Part shown: positions 9,857 through 19,923 of the stretch, in pieces
Layout: the number at the start of each line of letters is the position of its first letter
How positions within the stretch are numbered: position 1 is the first letter of the stretch
Assembly (NCBI GenBank): GCA_012516825.1
Contig: JAAYWF010000094.1
Location: 1 to 39,593 of the forward strand
DNA from: Lentimicrobium sp.
Lineage (GTDB): Bacteria > Bacteroidota > Bacteroidia > Bacteroidales > 4484-276
Direction: 5' to 3'
Length of the DNA stretch: 39,593 nucleotides
The notes under the pieces: model-generated
The model's database searches: none
What the model saw: only the letters and a program-made list of their open reading frames with translations
What the model was told of the DNA's origin: nothing
Position numbers and translations under genes: made by a program

Positions 9857-10984
9857 TCAATCATTTAACATCAGCGGCATTATGAGCATCAAAATATCTT
9901 TATCAACAACTTCTTCGTCAACTATCTGTTTAATCAATCCTGCTCTGTTAGGTTGTGAAAATTCGAAAAGCACCTCTTCTGTATCTAAGTTTGCAAGCAT
10001 TTCGAGCAGAAATTTCGAATTAAACCCTATATCCATATCTTCACCGTTGTAGTTACAGTTAAGGTCTTCACGTGCTTCATTAGCATAATCTATATCTTCG
10101 GCCGAAAGCTGTAGTGTCCGATTAGATATTGAAAGGCGGAGTTGATGGGTTGATTGGTTACCAAAAATACTTACCCTACGAATAGCATTGAGCAATGGCA
10201 TACGCTCTATCTGCATTTTATTGGGATTATCACTTGGTATTACTGCAGCATAATTAGGATATTTTCCTTCGATCAGCTTACTAATCAATCGTACACGGCC
10301 AAACTCAAATGCTATATTTTTCTGATCATATATTATTTTAACATCCTGATCTTCAACACCAAGAAGATTTTTGATTTGATTAAGTGGTTTGGTGGGCAGG
10401 ATAATAGAATCCTCTAAGTCAACTCCTATATTAAATCGCTGGTAACGAACCAATTTATGTGCATCGGTGGCAACGAAAGAGACAAACTCCGGATTTATTT
10501 CCATCAAAACACCTGTCATTACAGGTCGCATTTCATCAATACCAACAGCAAAAACTGTTTTCGAAATGGCCTCAGAGAGCGCTATAGAATTAATAGTAAA
10601 TTCATTACCTTCGTCAATTACCGGTGTTTCAGGAAAATCTTCGCCATTGTGTCCATTCATTTTATACTTTCCTTCGCCGGCAACTATCTCAATACCAAGT
10701 GTGATAGGATCCACAGTAAAGGTAACAGGCACATCTGGCAATGTCTTTAAAGTTTCTATTAATATTTTGGCCGGTACAGCAACTATTCCGGATTCAGCAG
10801 CCATTGACACTTGAAGGCTTATTGTCATGGTTGTTTCAATGTCGGAAGTGGTAATTTTCAGGTTATCACCCGAAAGATCAAAAAGAAAATCATTCAGAAT
10901 AGGTAATGAGCTGTTTGAAATCAAGACGCCACTTACAGCCTGAAGATTTTTTAGTAAGAATGTGCTGGAGACAATAAATTTCAT
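9857..10984 (-). CDS. dnaN: DNA polymerase III subunit beta (sliding clamp)
   Basis: 375 aa. The N-terminus is MKFIVSSTFLLKNLQAVSGV. The length fits a three-domain clamp. Typical segments are present (DAHKLV, IEGKYPNY, GFNSKFLLEML, MPLMLN tail). Confidence 0.95.
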   Translation of the reverse strand: MKFIVSSTFLLKNLQAVSGVLISNSSLPILNDFLFDLSGDNLKITTSDIETTMTISLQVSMAAESGIVAVPAKILIETLKTLPDVPVTFTVDPITLGIEIVAGEGKYKMNGHNGEDFPETPVIDEGNEFTINSIALSEAISKTVFAVGIDEMRPVMTGVLMEINPEFVSFVATDAHKLVRYQRFNIGVDLEDSIILPTKPLNQIKNLLGVEDQDVKIIYDQKNIAFEFGRVRLISKLIEGKYPNYAAVIPSDNPNKMQIERMPLLNAIRRVSIFGNQSTHQLRLSISNRTLQLSAEDIDYANEAREDLNCNYNGEDMDIGFNSKFLLEMLANLDTEEVLFEFSQPNRAGLIKQIVDEEVVDKDILMLIMPLMLND

Positions 10985-11113
10985 CTTCGTGTTTATTTAA
11001 TGGTTAATTACTTTAAAAATAATGGTTTAAGATTTATTAATGATATCGCGTTTAAAAAATTATTTATCAATTTTCTGAAAAGTCAAAAATAGGTCAATTT
11101 TTTAAAATCTCTG

Positions 11114-11121
11114 CAAAGATA
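11114..11121 (-). promoter_or_regulatory. candidate -7 box for dnaN (TATCTTTG)
   Basis: Exact TAnnTTTG on the minus strand, 130 nt upstream of the dnaN ATG. A second exact box (TATTTTTG) lies at 11084-11091. Confidence 0.35.
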
Positions 11122-11194
11122 AAACCTGCCACCGAAAAAAAGTCAATAAACAAAATATTATTTATTAAAAACATTGATTATTAACCTACTTGAA

Positions 11195-11833
11195 TTATTT
11201 ATTTTTTTTAATTCGAAATTTCGCCTCTTCATTATGTAATAAGCGTCGTATGTTGTTTCGATGTGTTATCGGTACAAAAATTCCAACTAATACTGATAAG
11301 ACAAGCATTGGAAATGATACGTTATTAAAGAAAAAAAACACTAAAAACGGGAATGTAACGGAAGCAGTAATAGATGATAGGGATACATATCCTGTAAGGA
11401 TCAGCATAACGATAAATATTGCCACTGCAACCAAAACGGCCTGTGGATAAAGTGCGATACCTACACCAAGTAAGGTAGCTATTCCTTTACCTCCCCTAAA
11501 GCCAATATAGACGGGAAAAATATGCCCTAATACAGCAGATATTGATATTAAAATCCGATAAAGATCTGACTGATAGTCTGTCAACATTTCAAAGGGAAGA
11601 AATCGAAAAAGCCAAACCGCCAACCAACCTTTAAACACATCGAATAGCAAAACGGGTATTCCTGCTTTAATCCCAAGCACTCTGATAGTATTAGTGGCGC
11701 CGGCATTGCCGCTGCCTTCATTTCGTACATCAACACCCCAAAACATCCTGCCGATCCAAACTGCCGATGGTATTGAGCCAATAAGATAAGCTACCACAAT
11801 ACCAATTATTATATATAACAACTCACTATTCAT
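11195..11833 (-). CDS. plsY: glycerol-3-phosphate acyltransferase PlsY (acyl-phosphate dependent)
   Basis: Motifs YLIGSIPSAV, GSGNAGATN and GGKG in a 5-6 TM protein. The start is placed at Met8 of the track ORF (ATG at 11833), giving a typical PlsY N-terminus. The alternative start is 11854. Either start overlaps the upstream ORF. Confidence 0.92.
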   Translation of the reverse strand: MNSELLYIIIGIVVAYLIGSIPSAVWIGRMFWGVDVRNEGSGNAGATNTIRVLGIKAGIPVLLFDVFKGWLAVWLFRFLPFEMLTDYQSDLYRILISISAVLGHIFPVYIGFRGGKGIATLLGVGIALYPQAVLVAVAIFIVMLILTGYVSLSSITASVTFPFLVFFFFNNVSFPMLVLSVLVGIFVPITHRNNIRRLLHNEEAKFRIKKNK

Positions 11834-14800
11834 ACTCTTCTTCTTTAGATTCAAGTTGTTGAATAAAACGTAAAAATCTGTTTTTCGCTTGTGTATCAGG
11901 AGAAATATTAAAACGATAAGAGGGCTCGCCTTTTCTCTCGTCCTCTTTTCGAGCCGACGGTTTCATATCTTTCATTGCGGAGTTAAAGTCGGTTCGTGAA
12001 GAACTTGCAAGCATCTGATACGTTTTATAGTTGAAAAAATACCAATGACCTCGTTCAAGTTCAATATAAATATTCAATTCATCCCCACTACGTCTGCGCA
12101 CGATTTGAACATAACCGTCAAAATATTTAAACACCGGATTCCCATAAACCATTGCCACCCCGATCGGACCTTTTGAGATAAAAGAACGTGAATCGGTGTG
12201 ATAAGTCATCTTTAAATCGGTAAAAATAAAACTCTTTAACAAGGCATCAGGGATTTTACGAATTTGTCCGTAAAGTGTCAGATCGTTATAAATTTTTTCT
12301 ACCTCTGATGATCCAGCCAAAGAAGTGAGTCCCTCTTTAAATAGTTTATTTTCAATATTAATCTCTGGTTTTTGGGTAGATGCAAGGTCTTCGGCCATAA
12401 TTAAAAATGCATTTTCGGCAAAATGAAAATTGACTGTCATCATGACATTGAACCACGAGGTATCGTTAAAAATATTGTGTTCTATTTCCCCATAAAGGTC
12501 CATCTTTAATCGCCCAAAATCCTGCCCGAAATTTAGCGTACCTCTTCCGGAAATACTGCAATGGTCAATATTCCAGCTTAGGAAGGGAGGGTTAGGCGCT
12601 TCATCATCCTCCAAACCAATCTGACTTGATGGGATAATTAGCAACTCTGCGCCGTTTTTACGGTTTTTTAAAAATCCATTGACGGAAAAAAGCAGTGAGT
12701 CGCTATAATAATTTTTCCTGGATAGAAAAGCAGGATAAATTTTGTTTTCTTCGTTTGAATAAAAAAAACCAGCATAAAGTTTTTTATAACCATGTTCAAG
12801 TAGTTGTTCCGGCACTGGTAACGTTATATCCTCAGGGTCAATACGCTGTTCAAAGTTTACCCATCTCGACAAGGTAGAATCGCAGTTTTGAATAATACGA
12901 TAGCCTCCTTTAAAATTTAATAATGGGTTACGAGCATTCAGGCTTATTTCTCCTTTAAAGGCAAACCGGGGGCTTAATTCAAAATGATCCCCCTCGCCAA
13001 CTGTACCAGTAGCAACCGTTTGGCTATCGGCATCTACGCTAATCTGATCGAAAGTTACATTTTGCACCTCTCCAATAAAATTGCTAAATGCGTAATTACC
13101 TTTTGCTTTGTAAACAGAACCCGATTGTATTTCAACTTCCGCATCGGTTATTGTATGATTTCGGTTTATAGTATCAGCAATTATTATTGCGTTATTTAAA
13201 GGCTGAACAACAGCATTTTCATGTATCTCCAACAAACCATCATCAGGGTAAATGGCTACATCTGCAATTTTAATAAGTTTTACGTCGGTAGCTTTCAAAA
13301 TATTATTCGTCAAATCGTAATTGGCTCTGCTTGAGTAAAATTCTAATGAATTCTGCTTTGAGTGTGTAGATACAAATTTCGCTCCCGATAATGGTTTTCC
13401 TATTAATTCGGCCTTCGTTAAAGTATCGTAGCCGGATTCGTCAACCTTGGCATAACTATATAGCTCCACTTCATTGCTATCGAAATACCAATCAAATTCA
13501 TTCAGAAAAGATTCATACCGGATTGCGGGCAGATAAATTTTTGAGTTAATACTATTTGTTTTAAAATTACCGATTTTTGTGTTAAAATCCACAAAAGCGC
13601 TATAGTTTTCTGTATTAAAAACCACATCGGATTGGGGCAAACTTCTTAATTTGAGCTTTGTGGTATCTGAATAAAATGCATTAGCTGTAAATGCAAATTT
13701 GTCCGACAGGGCTGTTGCGTTTAAGAAATCAAGCTCTCCCGCGCCGGTTAAAGCGTCAGATGTTAATATCATCGAACCCTTTAATGACGCTCTTTCATCA
13801 AACATAGAAATGGGTAAATCCGTGGTTTGCAAAACCATAGAATCTGAATACGGCCTCCAGAGTTGGTTTAGGTTTAATCCTTTAACAGGTGGAAATTCAG
13901 TTTTTCCTTTGGTCAAAGGTGTAATATTAAATTCGGTATTTGATGATGAAACGGAATCGAGATAAAAGATAAAATCCTTGCTAACAGATGTAGAATTAAG
14001 ATATTCAAGTTTCCCATCTCCTTTTAATCCGGATAAATTAACTGTAATTTCATTAAAAAACTTTCCTTTTCCCTGATAAACAGGATATCCTTCGGGTGGT
14101 GTTTGTTTTTTAAATCCCAACGAATAATCTGGCATTATTTCAAGGGGTTGGTCAATATTGTCAGGAAAAATCCCACCTGAATTAAAAAAACCTCTAAATC
14201 TGATTGATTCTGTTTCAAATTCTTCAAGATTTTCGAAGGTAAAGGGTTCAATATAATAATTGACCAAATCGCGGTTATAAGCCTCTTTAAATTCAGGTTT
14301 TTGATCAAAATAGACAAAAGACTCCTTGTTACTTGTAAATATCGGATAACGAGGCTGCAAAACCAATCCGCTTTTATTAGCCGGATGGTCAATTAGCATT
14401 TGCCCGCTGATATTAGTAATCGGAGTTTTAATTTCTACGAATTTTCTTTTGCCATAATCATCGGTTTCAAAAGAGTTGACTTTAAAACGCATGGTATCAA
14501 TAGTCGGCATATTAAGTCTGAATGTGTCGTAATTAAAATAACATTCGGTAGCTTGAAAATCGAATAGGCCTGCTTTTATTTGCCCTGAAAAGATAAAATC
14601 ACGGTTTTTTCGTAAAGTGATTTCCTGTTCAGTTGGATTTATTGCAACCTTTTTTGCGTTGCTAAGTGAAATATGAGGAACACCTTTTATAGAGAGATCG
14701 AAATTTTCGAGTTTTATTTCCGCATTGATTCTTGAATCTACTTCCGATTGAAATTCAATAACATCATAATCAACAAGTTTACTTTTAGCTTTGATATAAT

Positions 14801-16373
14801 GACTTACCTTGTCGGTAATAAAAGCCTTGCGTTGGGCTATGTCGTAATGCACAAAGCCTTGTATTGCAAGCCTGATAACTTGTACTTCCACCTGACTTTC
14901 CGGCATCCTTATAAAATCTGCCAGTTGTTCAATTTTAAATTCTCTTGTGTTAAAGGTTTTGCTGTATTGGTCTAACCAAAGCAAAGGATGTTTTCGGTCG
15001 AGCCCCATCACCCTGTCGAAGTGTGCTTCAGAAAAAAAATTATCTGAAACAAAATAGGCTTTACTTTGATTTTTTAACCCAGGCATAGCTCCAAGATAAA
15101 TAACGTCATCGTCCATCTGCCAATAAAGAGCTTCGGAGTCGAATTCAACTTTATGGAAACTATCAAAAAATGGACTTTGTTCTACTCCAGGTCCTTGTCG
15201 GTATAAAACAAGTTGACGATTTTGATGAGTATATCTGAGCTGCAATCCAGTATGAACTATTGAATCGTCCTGATGAATAATTGTAACAGCGATATTCTCC
15301 GATCCAATTTTTTCATTGGTGATTATAAACTCATCGGAACGGGCAGTTATCAAATCGTAATCCCCTTTCTTATCCCGATAAAGCCTTTTAAAAATCAATT
15401 TTGCCGGCCGATCATTAAAACCACTTCCTATCATTTTTGTTCCGCGGAGCATAAAACCTCCTTCATAATCAATATCCTGAAAAATTCCTTCAATAAACAC
15501 ACTTTGCATATCCGATTCAAACCGCGGATAAAGTGCATTTTCAGGATTTACAATATCTGCTGATACACGTTCTACCAAATGCCCATTCATTGAGCCTTTG
15601 AAATATTTTTCGTAATGAAATGCAACATTGTTTGCCTGAAAAGCAGCTGTTTTCATGTCAATTGCGTAATCATCCAGATCGGCATAAACTTCATTTTCAG
15701 GAAGGTTTGCCCGACGCCAGGTAACCGTCCCACCCTTACCTTTCCATTCTTTTGATACAGGGGAATAGTAACCCGACGTTCTGAAAATCGTTGAAGAATC
15801 ATTTCGTGTTTTACATGAAAGATGAAACCGTTCGATCTGCACTAAAAAAACAGAATCAGCGATAATAAAGCGAAAAGGAGTTTTGCCCGCTACCCACGAA
15901 AAGATCTTTGACTTGTTTAAAATACCTGATTCAAGGAAATCTTCGGTAAACAATAATAATTCATGATATGACTTTATTGAATTTGTATTTTCCAACAAAT
16001 TACAGGTGATTTTTAGCCAAAGATCAAAATTCTCAAAACTTACATCCATCGTTTTAAATGCAACCAGAGCCGAAATATATCGTTCGAAATCGGGATATGC
16101 CCTTAATTTCCTTTGCAACATCAGGTCTGCGCTTCTGTATATTGTTTCCCGATGATTATTATCATAATTCCCGTAATTCCATAATCCGGAAAACTCATTG
16201 AAGGTTGATAAGGCTTTGGCTTTGTTTTCTTTATTCTGAATAGTTTGAAAAAGTGAATTTAGTTCTACCAAAAACACGGTAGGATCATGAGTAAATACCT
16301 TTAAAGACTGTCCATTAATCCATGTGAATAATGGGCAGATCAAAATCATTAACAAAACTATTCGCCTGTACAT
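11826..16373 (-). CDS. very large (1,515 aa) secreted/envelope protein of unknown function
   Basis: Single uninterrupted ORF. The N-terminus is a signal peptide or signal anchor (MYRRIVLLMILICPLFTWINGQ). The body is rich in F/N/Y/S/D, and the C-terminal two thirds look beta-rich. The tail is acidic/charged (ESKEEEYE). No T9SS C-terminal domain and no recognised catalytic motif were seen. Only short antisense ORFs occur across it. Confidence 0.85.
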   Translation of the reverse strand: MYRRIVLLMILICPLFTWINGQSLKVFTHDPTVFLVELNSLFQTIQNKENKAKALSTFNEFSGLWNYGNYDNNHRETIYRSADLMLQRKLRAYPDFERYISALVAFKTMDVSFENFDLWLKITCNLLENTNSIKSYHELLLFTEDFLESGILNKSKIFSWVAGKTPFRFIIADSVFLVQIERFHLSCKTRNDSSTIFRTSGYYSPVSKEWKGKGGTVTWRRANLPENEVYADLDDYAIDMKTAAFQANNVAFHYEKYFKGSMNGHLVERVSADIVNPENALYPRFESDMQSVFIEGIFQDIDYEGGFMLRGTKMIGSGFNDRPAKLIFKRLYRDKKGDYDLITARSDEFIITNEKIGSENIAVTIIHQDDSIVHTGLQLRYTHQNRQLVLYRQGPGVEQSPFFDSFHKVEFDSEALYWQMDDDVIYLGAMPGLKNQSKAYFVSDNFFSEAHFDRVMGLDRKHPLLWLDQYSKTFNTREFKIEQLADFIRMPESQVEVQVIRLAIQGFVHYDIAQRKAFITDKVSHYIKAKSKLVDYDVIEFQSEVDSRINAEIKLENFDLSIKGVPHISLSNAKKVAINPTEQEITLRKNRDFIFSGQIKAGLFDFQATECYFNYDTFRLNMPTIDTMRFKVNSFETDDYGKRKFVEIKTPITNISGQMLIDHPANKSGLVLQPRYPIFTSNKESFVYFDQKPEFKEAYNRDLVNYYIEPFTFENLEEFETESIRFRGFFNSGGIFPDNIDQPLEIMPDYSLGFKKQTPPEGYPVYQGKGKFFNEITVNLSGLKGDGKLEYLNSTSVSKDFIFYLDSVSSSNTEFNITPLTKGKTEFPPVKGLNLNQLWRPYSDSMVLQTTDLPISMFDERASLKGSMILTSDALTGAGELDFLNATALSDKFAFTANAFYSDTTKLKLRSLPQSDVVFNTENYSAFVDFNTKIGNFKTNSINSKIYLPAIRYESFLNEFDWYFDSNEVELYSYAKVDESGYDTLTKAELIGKPLSGAKFVSTHSKQNSLEFYSSRANYDLTNNILKATDVKLIKIADVAIYPDDGLLEIHENAVVQPLNNAIIIADTINRNHTITDAEVEIQSGSVYKAKGNYAFSNFIGEVQNVTFDQISVDADSQTVATGTVGEGDHFELSPRFAFKGEISLNARNPLLNFKGGYRIIQNCDSTLSRWVNFEQRIDPEDITLPVPEQLLEHGYKKLYAGFFYSNEENKIYPAFLSRKNYYSDSLLFSVNGFLKNRKNGAELLIIPSSQIGLEDDEAPNPPFLSWNIDHCSISGRGTLNFGQDFGRLKMDLYGEIEHNIFNDTSWFNVMMTVNFHFAENAFLIMAEDLASTQKPEINIENKLFKEGLTSLAGSSEVEKIYNDLTLYGQIRKIPDALLKSFIFTDLKMTYHTDSRSFISKGPIGVAMVYGNPVFKYFDGYVQIVRRRSGDELNIYIELERGHWYFFNYKTYQMLASSSRTDFNSAMKDMKPSARKEDERKGEPSYRFNISPDTQAKNRFLRFIQQLESKEEEYE

Positions 16374-16591
16374 TTTTCCGATAAAAAAACATTGTTAACC
16401 ATCTGGAATAAAGCGATAAAAGGTTAGTTTTATTGTTTCACTCCTTTAGTTATAAAGAGGTCGGAAAATTCTGAAAAAAATTACCTAAAACTAATTAATA
16501 GAAAAGCTTCATGGCTCAAGCCACTGATATTATGTTAATTTGGTGTGTTTTAGCTGTAAGTCAATTCAAGTATTACATTTCCAAAATAAAG

Positions 16592-16599
16592 TATTTTTG
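16592..16599 (+). promoter_or_regulatory. candidate -7 box for ccsBA (TATTTTTG)
   Basis: Exact TAnnTTTG, 108 nt upstream of the first ATG of ccsBA, in a divergent intergenic region. Confidence 0.4.
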
Positions 16600-16619
16600 C
16601 CCGCTCTGTAATAGTTTTT

Positions 16620-16648
16620 CCTTGTGATGATTTACCTCACAAGGTTTT
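16620..16648 (+). promoter_or_regulatory. leader hairpin plus U-tract (terminator-like) between the candidate promoter and ccsBA
   Basis: Perfect 8-bp stem CCTTGTGA (16620-16627) / TCACAAGG (16637-16644) with a 9-nt loop, followed by TTTT (16645-16648). Confidence 0.4.
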
Positions 16649-16706
16649 AAAAAGATCAGACTCCACTACTTCATATCAATCATTGATTAAAACAGAAATT
16701 TTGATA

Positions 16707-19700
16707 ATGAAAAATTTTTTTAAATCCTTCTTTTCGATGCAATTAACGATAGTTTTATTGTTAATGTTTGCGATGTCAATCGGCATAGCTACTTTTATCG
16801 AAAACGATTATGGATCTGAAGCCTCGAAAATTGCAATTTATAATGCCACCTGGTTTGAGATATTACTATTAGTATTAGCGATAAACCTTATTGGAAGCCT
16901 TTTTACACACAAATTATGGAAGCGGAAAAAATACACCACATTCATCATGCATTTATCATTTGTGGTTATTCTTATTGGCGCAGCCCTCACAAGGTTTGTT
17001 GGCTACGAAGGCATGATGCATATAAGGGAGGGTAAATCGTCCAATCAGATGCTGTCGGACAATACCTATATAACTGCAAAATGGGGCGCCGATGGAAAAG
17101 AGACCATTGTTCACAAAAAGGTTTTAATGTCCGGTTTTGGTTGGCAAGCATCGCCATTTACCATAAAAAACGGAGATGAGGCATTACATTTTAAAACTAT
17201 CGCTTTTGTGCCCAATGCCGTTCCGGTGGTAAAGGCTGCCGTTAATGGAGAGGTACTTGTTTCGCTTTTTGTTCTTACTAATACCGATAGAAAATCAATC
17301 ATTCTCAAACAGGGTGAGTCAGAGGAGTTTTCAGATTTTTCGCTCACGTTTGGCGAGCTATCAGGAGAAAAAGGGTTGCAGCTCATAGTTATTAATGATA
17401 GTCTATTTTTCAAATCTTCTGATTCTGTTTTTCAATTTTCGATGGGAGGGCATAATGTAGATACGATACCAGCAAATGTTCTTACTCATTTTGCTCCGAT
17501 GAAATTGTTTGAATTTGAAAAAGTCCGTTTTGTATTGAGAGCTTTTGAGATGAGTGGAGAAGTTGTTGCTGCTCATGCCGATATTCACGACGAAGGGTCA
17601 GGACTGAACGCTGTTGTGCTTAAAACTTCAAACAAAACCACCGAAAAAAACATTATTGTGTGGGGTAAGCGCGGTATTGTTGGAAAAGAGACGCATGTTG
17701 AAGGTTATGGATTTGAAAATCTGACTTTATCCTATGGTTCACGCTTATTGGAAATACCTTTTAGTTTACATCTTAACAAGTTTATTCTTGATCGTTATCC
17801 AGGCTCTGACAGCCCCTCCTCTTATGCCAGCGAAGTTACTTTAAACGACACCGAAAGAAATATCAATTATGACTTTCGAATTTTTATGAATAATATTTTA
17901 ACGCATCGCGGATATCGTTTTTACCAATCCTCTTACGATCAGGATGAAAAAGGCACAATACTTTCAGTTAATCATGATGCGCCCGGCACAACCGTTACCT
18001 ATATTGGCTATGCAATGATGGCATTCAGTATGATTTTTATGTTAGTTGACCGTAGGACTCGATTCCATAATCTAATGAAATCCATAAGTAAATTAAGGGA
18101 TCAAAAGAGTAAACTGCTCCCGGCAATTATCCTTTTCCTTTTTATCCCAATTTCGCAATCATACGCCCAAGAAATAAAAACTATTGGTAACGCACAAATT
18201 ACCGTCGTATCCAAAGCTCACGCTGATAAATTTTCACATATCATCGTACTTGGGCCCGGGGATCGTTTAGAGCCGATAAGTACTTTGAATAGTGAACTGT
18301 TGAGAAAGATATCGGGAAAAAGTAAATTTCACGGGCTTACTCCCGATCAGGTAGCGTTGGGCATGATGCTTGAGCCGCAACAATGGCAGCATGTTCCTGT
18401 TTTTAAGATAAAAAACAAGGAATTGCGTAGGATTCTCAATATATCAACTAACTATGCCTGTTTTATCGATTTTTTCGAAATAAATCAAAATTACAAACTG
18501 AGCTCATTTATTAATGAAGCATTTAGGAAAAATCCATTTGACCAGAGCAAACTCGACAAGGATATCATTTCGATTGACGAGAAGATAAATGTGTTTTACA
18601 CCATGATGATGGGTGGTTTTTTAAAAGTATTCCCTGATATAAATGCTCCCGTTGCCAAATGGTATCACACTGGTTCGGAGATTAATAATTTCCCTGAGGC
18701 TGACAGTAACTTCGTTAAAAACATTATCCCTGTTTATATTAGTTCACTATCGGAAGCCACACAAACTGGAAACTACGACCAGGCCGATGAATTTGTTGAA
18801 GCTATTAAGATTTTCCAGCAAAAATATGCTGGAGAACTGATACCATCGTTAAATCACCGGAAAGTTGAGATCTTGTATAATCGAGTTGAGATTTTTGAAC
18901 GGTTGTACAAATATTACGGTATGCTCGGATTGGTTTTCCTTGTTTTGTTGTTTGTCAACCTTGTTAATCATAGATTTAAAATAGGATTTGCAAAAAAAGC
19001 CATAATAGGCCTATTGATGCTTCTTTTTGTTTTTCAAACTGCCGGTTTTATAGCTCGTTGGTACATTTCGGGTCATGCGCCTATGAGTAACGGTTACGAA
19101 TCCATGATATATATCTCTTGGGCAGCGATGCTGGCGGGTTTTATATTCGTCAGAAAATCACCTATTTCTTTAGCAGCCACATCAATACTTTCGTCTCTTA
19201 CTCTTTTTGTTGCACATCTAAACTGGATGAATCCTGAAGTTACAAACCTTGTACCGGTACTTAAATCAATCTGGCTTACGATTCATGTAGGGGTAATTAC
19301 AGCAAGTTATGGGTTTCTTGGTTTGGTGATGATTATGGGGCTTTTTAACCTGTTACTAATGATTTTTCAGAACAAAAAAAATTACAAAAACTTTCAGATA
19401 ACTATTAAAGAGATATCAATGACAAGCGAAATGGCTATGACCATTGGCCTTTTTCTGATTACCATTGGCTCATTTCTGGGTGGTATATGGGCTAATGAAT
19501 CATGGGGACGCTATTGGGGATGGGATCCAAAAGAGAGCTGGGCGCTTGTTACTATTCTTGTTTACACCGTAATTTTACATATTGGATATATCCCCGGAAT
19601 TAAAGGGAGGTATCTGTTCAATGCATTATCGGTTATTGGTTTCGCATCGGTGTTAATGACCTATTTTGGGGTGAACTATTATTTATCAGGGCTTCATTCC

Positions 19701-19841
19701 TATGCTGCCGGCGACGCTGTTCCGATACCAAAGTTTGTATATTATACTCTGGCTATCCTGTTTGTCATCTTGGTTGTGGCATGGGTCAACAGTCAAAAGT
19801 TAAAAGATCTTGAAATCGAATTCAATTCTGATAATCAATAA
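16707..19841 (+). CDS. ccsBA: fused system II cytochrome c synthase CcsBA (ResB-like N-domain plus CcsA heme-handling domain)
   Basis: The N-terminal part is ResB/CcsB-like (MQLTIVLLLMFAMSIGIATFIEN..., large soluble loop, YRFYQSSYD). The C-terminal part carries the W-rich WWD motif WANESWGRYWGWDPKESWALV plus multiple TM helices. The track ORF begins at TTG 16683; the first ATG is at 16707. Confidence 0.9.
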   Translation: MKNFFKSFFSMQLTIVLLLMFAMSIGIATFIENDYGSEASKIAIYNATWFEILLLVLAINLIGSLFTHKLWKRKKYTTFIMHLSFVVILIGAALTRFVGYEGMMHIREGKSSNQMLSDNTYITAKWGADGKETIVHKKVLMSGFGWQASPFTIKNGDEALHFKTIAFVPNAVPVVKAAVNGEVLVSLFVLTNTDRKSIILKQGESEEFSDFSLTFGELSGEKGLQLIVINDSLFFKSSDSVFQFSMGGHNVDTIPANVLTHFAPMKLFEFEKVRFVLRAFEMSGEVVAAHADIHDEGSGLNAVVLKTSNKTTEKNIIVWGKRGIVGKETHVEGYGFENLTLSYGSRLLEIPFSLHLNKFILDRYPGSDSPSSYASEVTLNDTERNINYDFRIFMNNILTHRGYRFYQSSYDQDEKGTILSVNHDAPGTTVTYIGYAMMAFSMIFMLVDRRTRFHNLMKSISKLRDQKSKLLPAIILFLFIPISQSYAQEIKTIGNAQITVVSKAHADKFSHIIVLGPGDRLEPISTLNSELLRKISGKSKFHGLTPDQVALGMMLEPQQWQHVPVFKIKNKELRRILNISTNYACFIDFFEINQNYKLSSFINEAFRKNPFDQSKLDKDIISIDEKINVFYTMMMGGFLKVFPDINAPVAKWYHTGSEINNFPEADSNFVKNIIPVYISSLSEATQTGNYDQADEFVEAIKIFQQKYAGELIPSLNHRKVEILYNRVEIFERLYKYYGMLGLVFLVLLFVNLVNHRFKIGFAKKAIIGLLMLLFVFQTAGFIARWYISGHAPMSNGYESMIYISWAAMLAGFIFVRKSPISLAATSILSSLTLFVAHLNWMNPEVTNLVPVLKSIWLTIHVGVITASYGFLGLVMIMGLFNLLLMIFQNKKNYKNFQITIKEISMTSEMAMTIGLFLITIGSFLGGIWANESWGRYWGWDPKESWALVTILVYTVILHIGYIPGIKGRYLFNALSVIGFASVLMTYFGVNYYLSGLHSYAAGDAVPIPKFVYYTLAILFVILVVAWVNSQKLKDLEIEFNSDNQ

Positions 19842-19923
19842 TATTTATTTTTCATAACTCATTGAGTTTAAAAGCAATTTTTGACAGCAAAATCAGTTTA
19901 AAATTTATCCTTTACGAACAACA

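Noticed and set aside
10467-10814. 115-aa plus-strand ORF, and similar antisense ORFs throughout the track (e.g. 2569..2775, 5536..6138, 7097..7758, 12695..15563, 17111..17588, 20944..21234, 24155..24424, 28274..28537, 35521..35841)
   Set aside because: All are fully embedded antisense to, or out of frame within, long ORFs that have clear conserved motifs. Their sequences are low-complexity, as expected for AT-rich DNA. There is no independent support for any of them.
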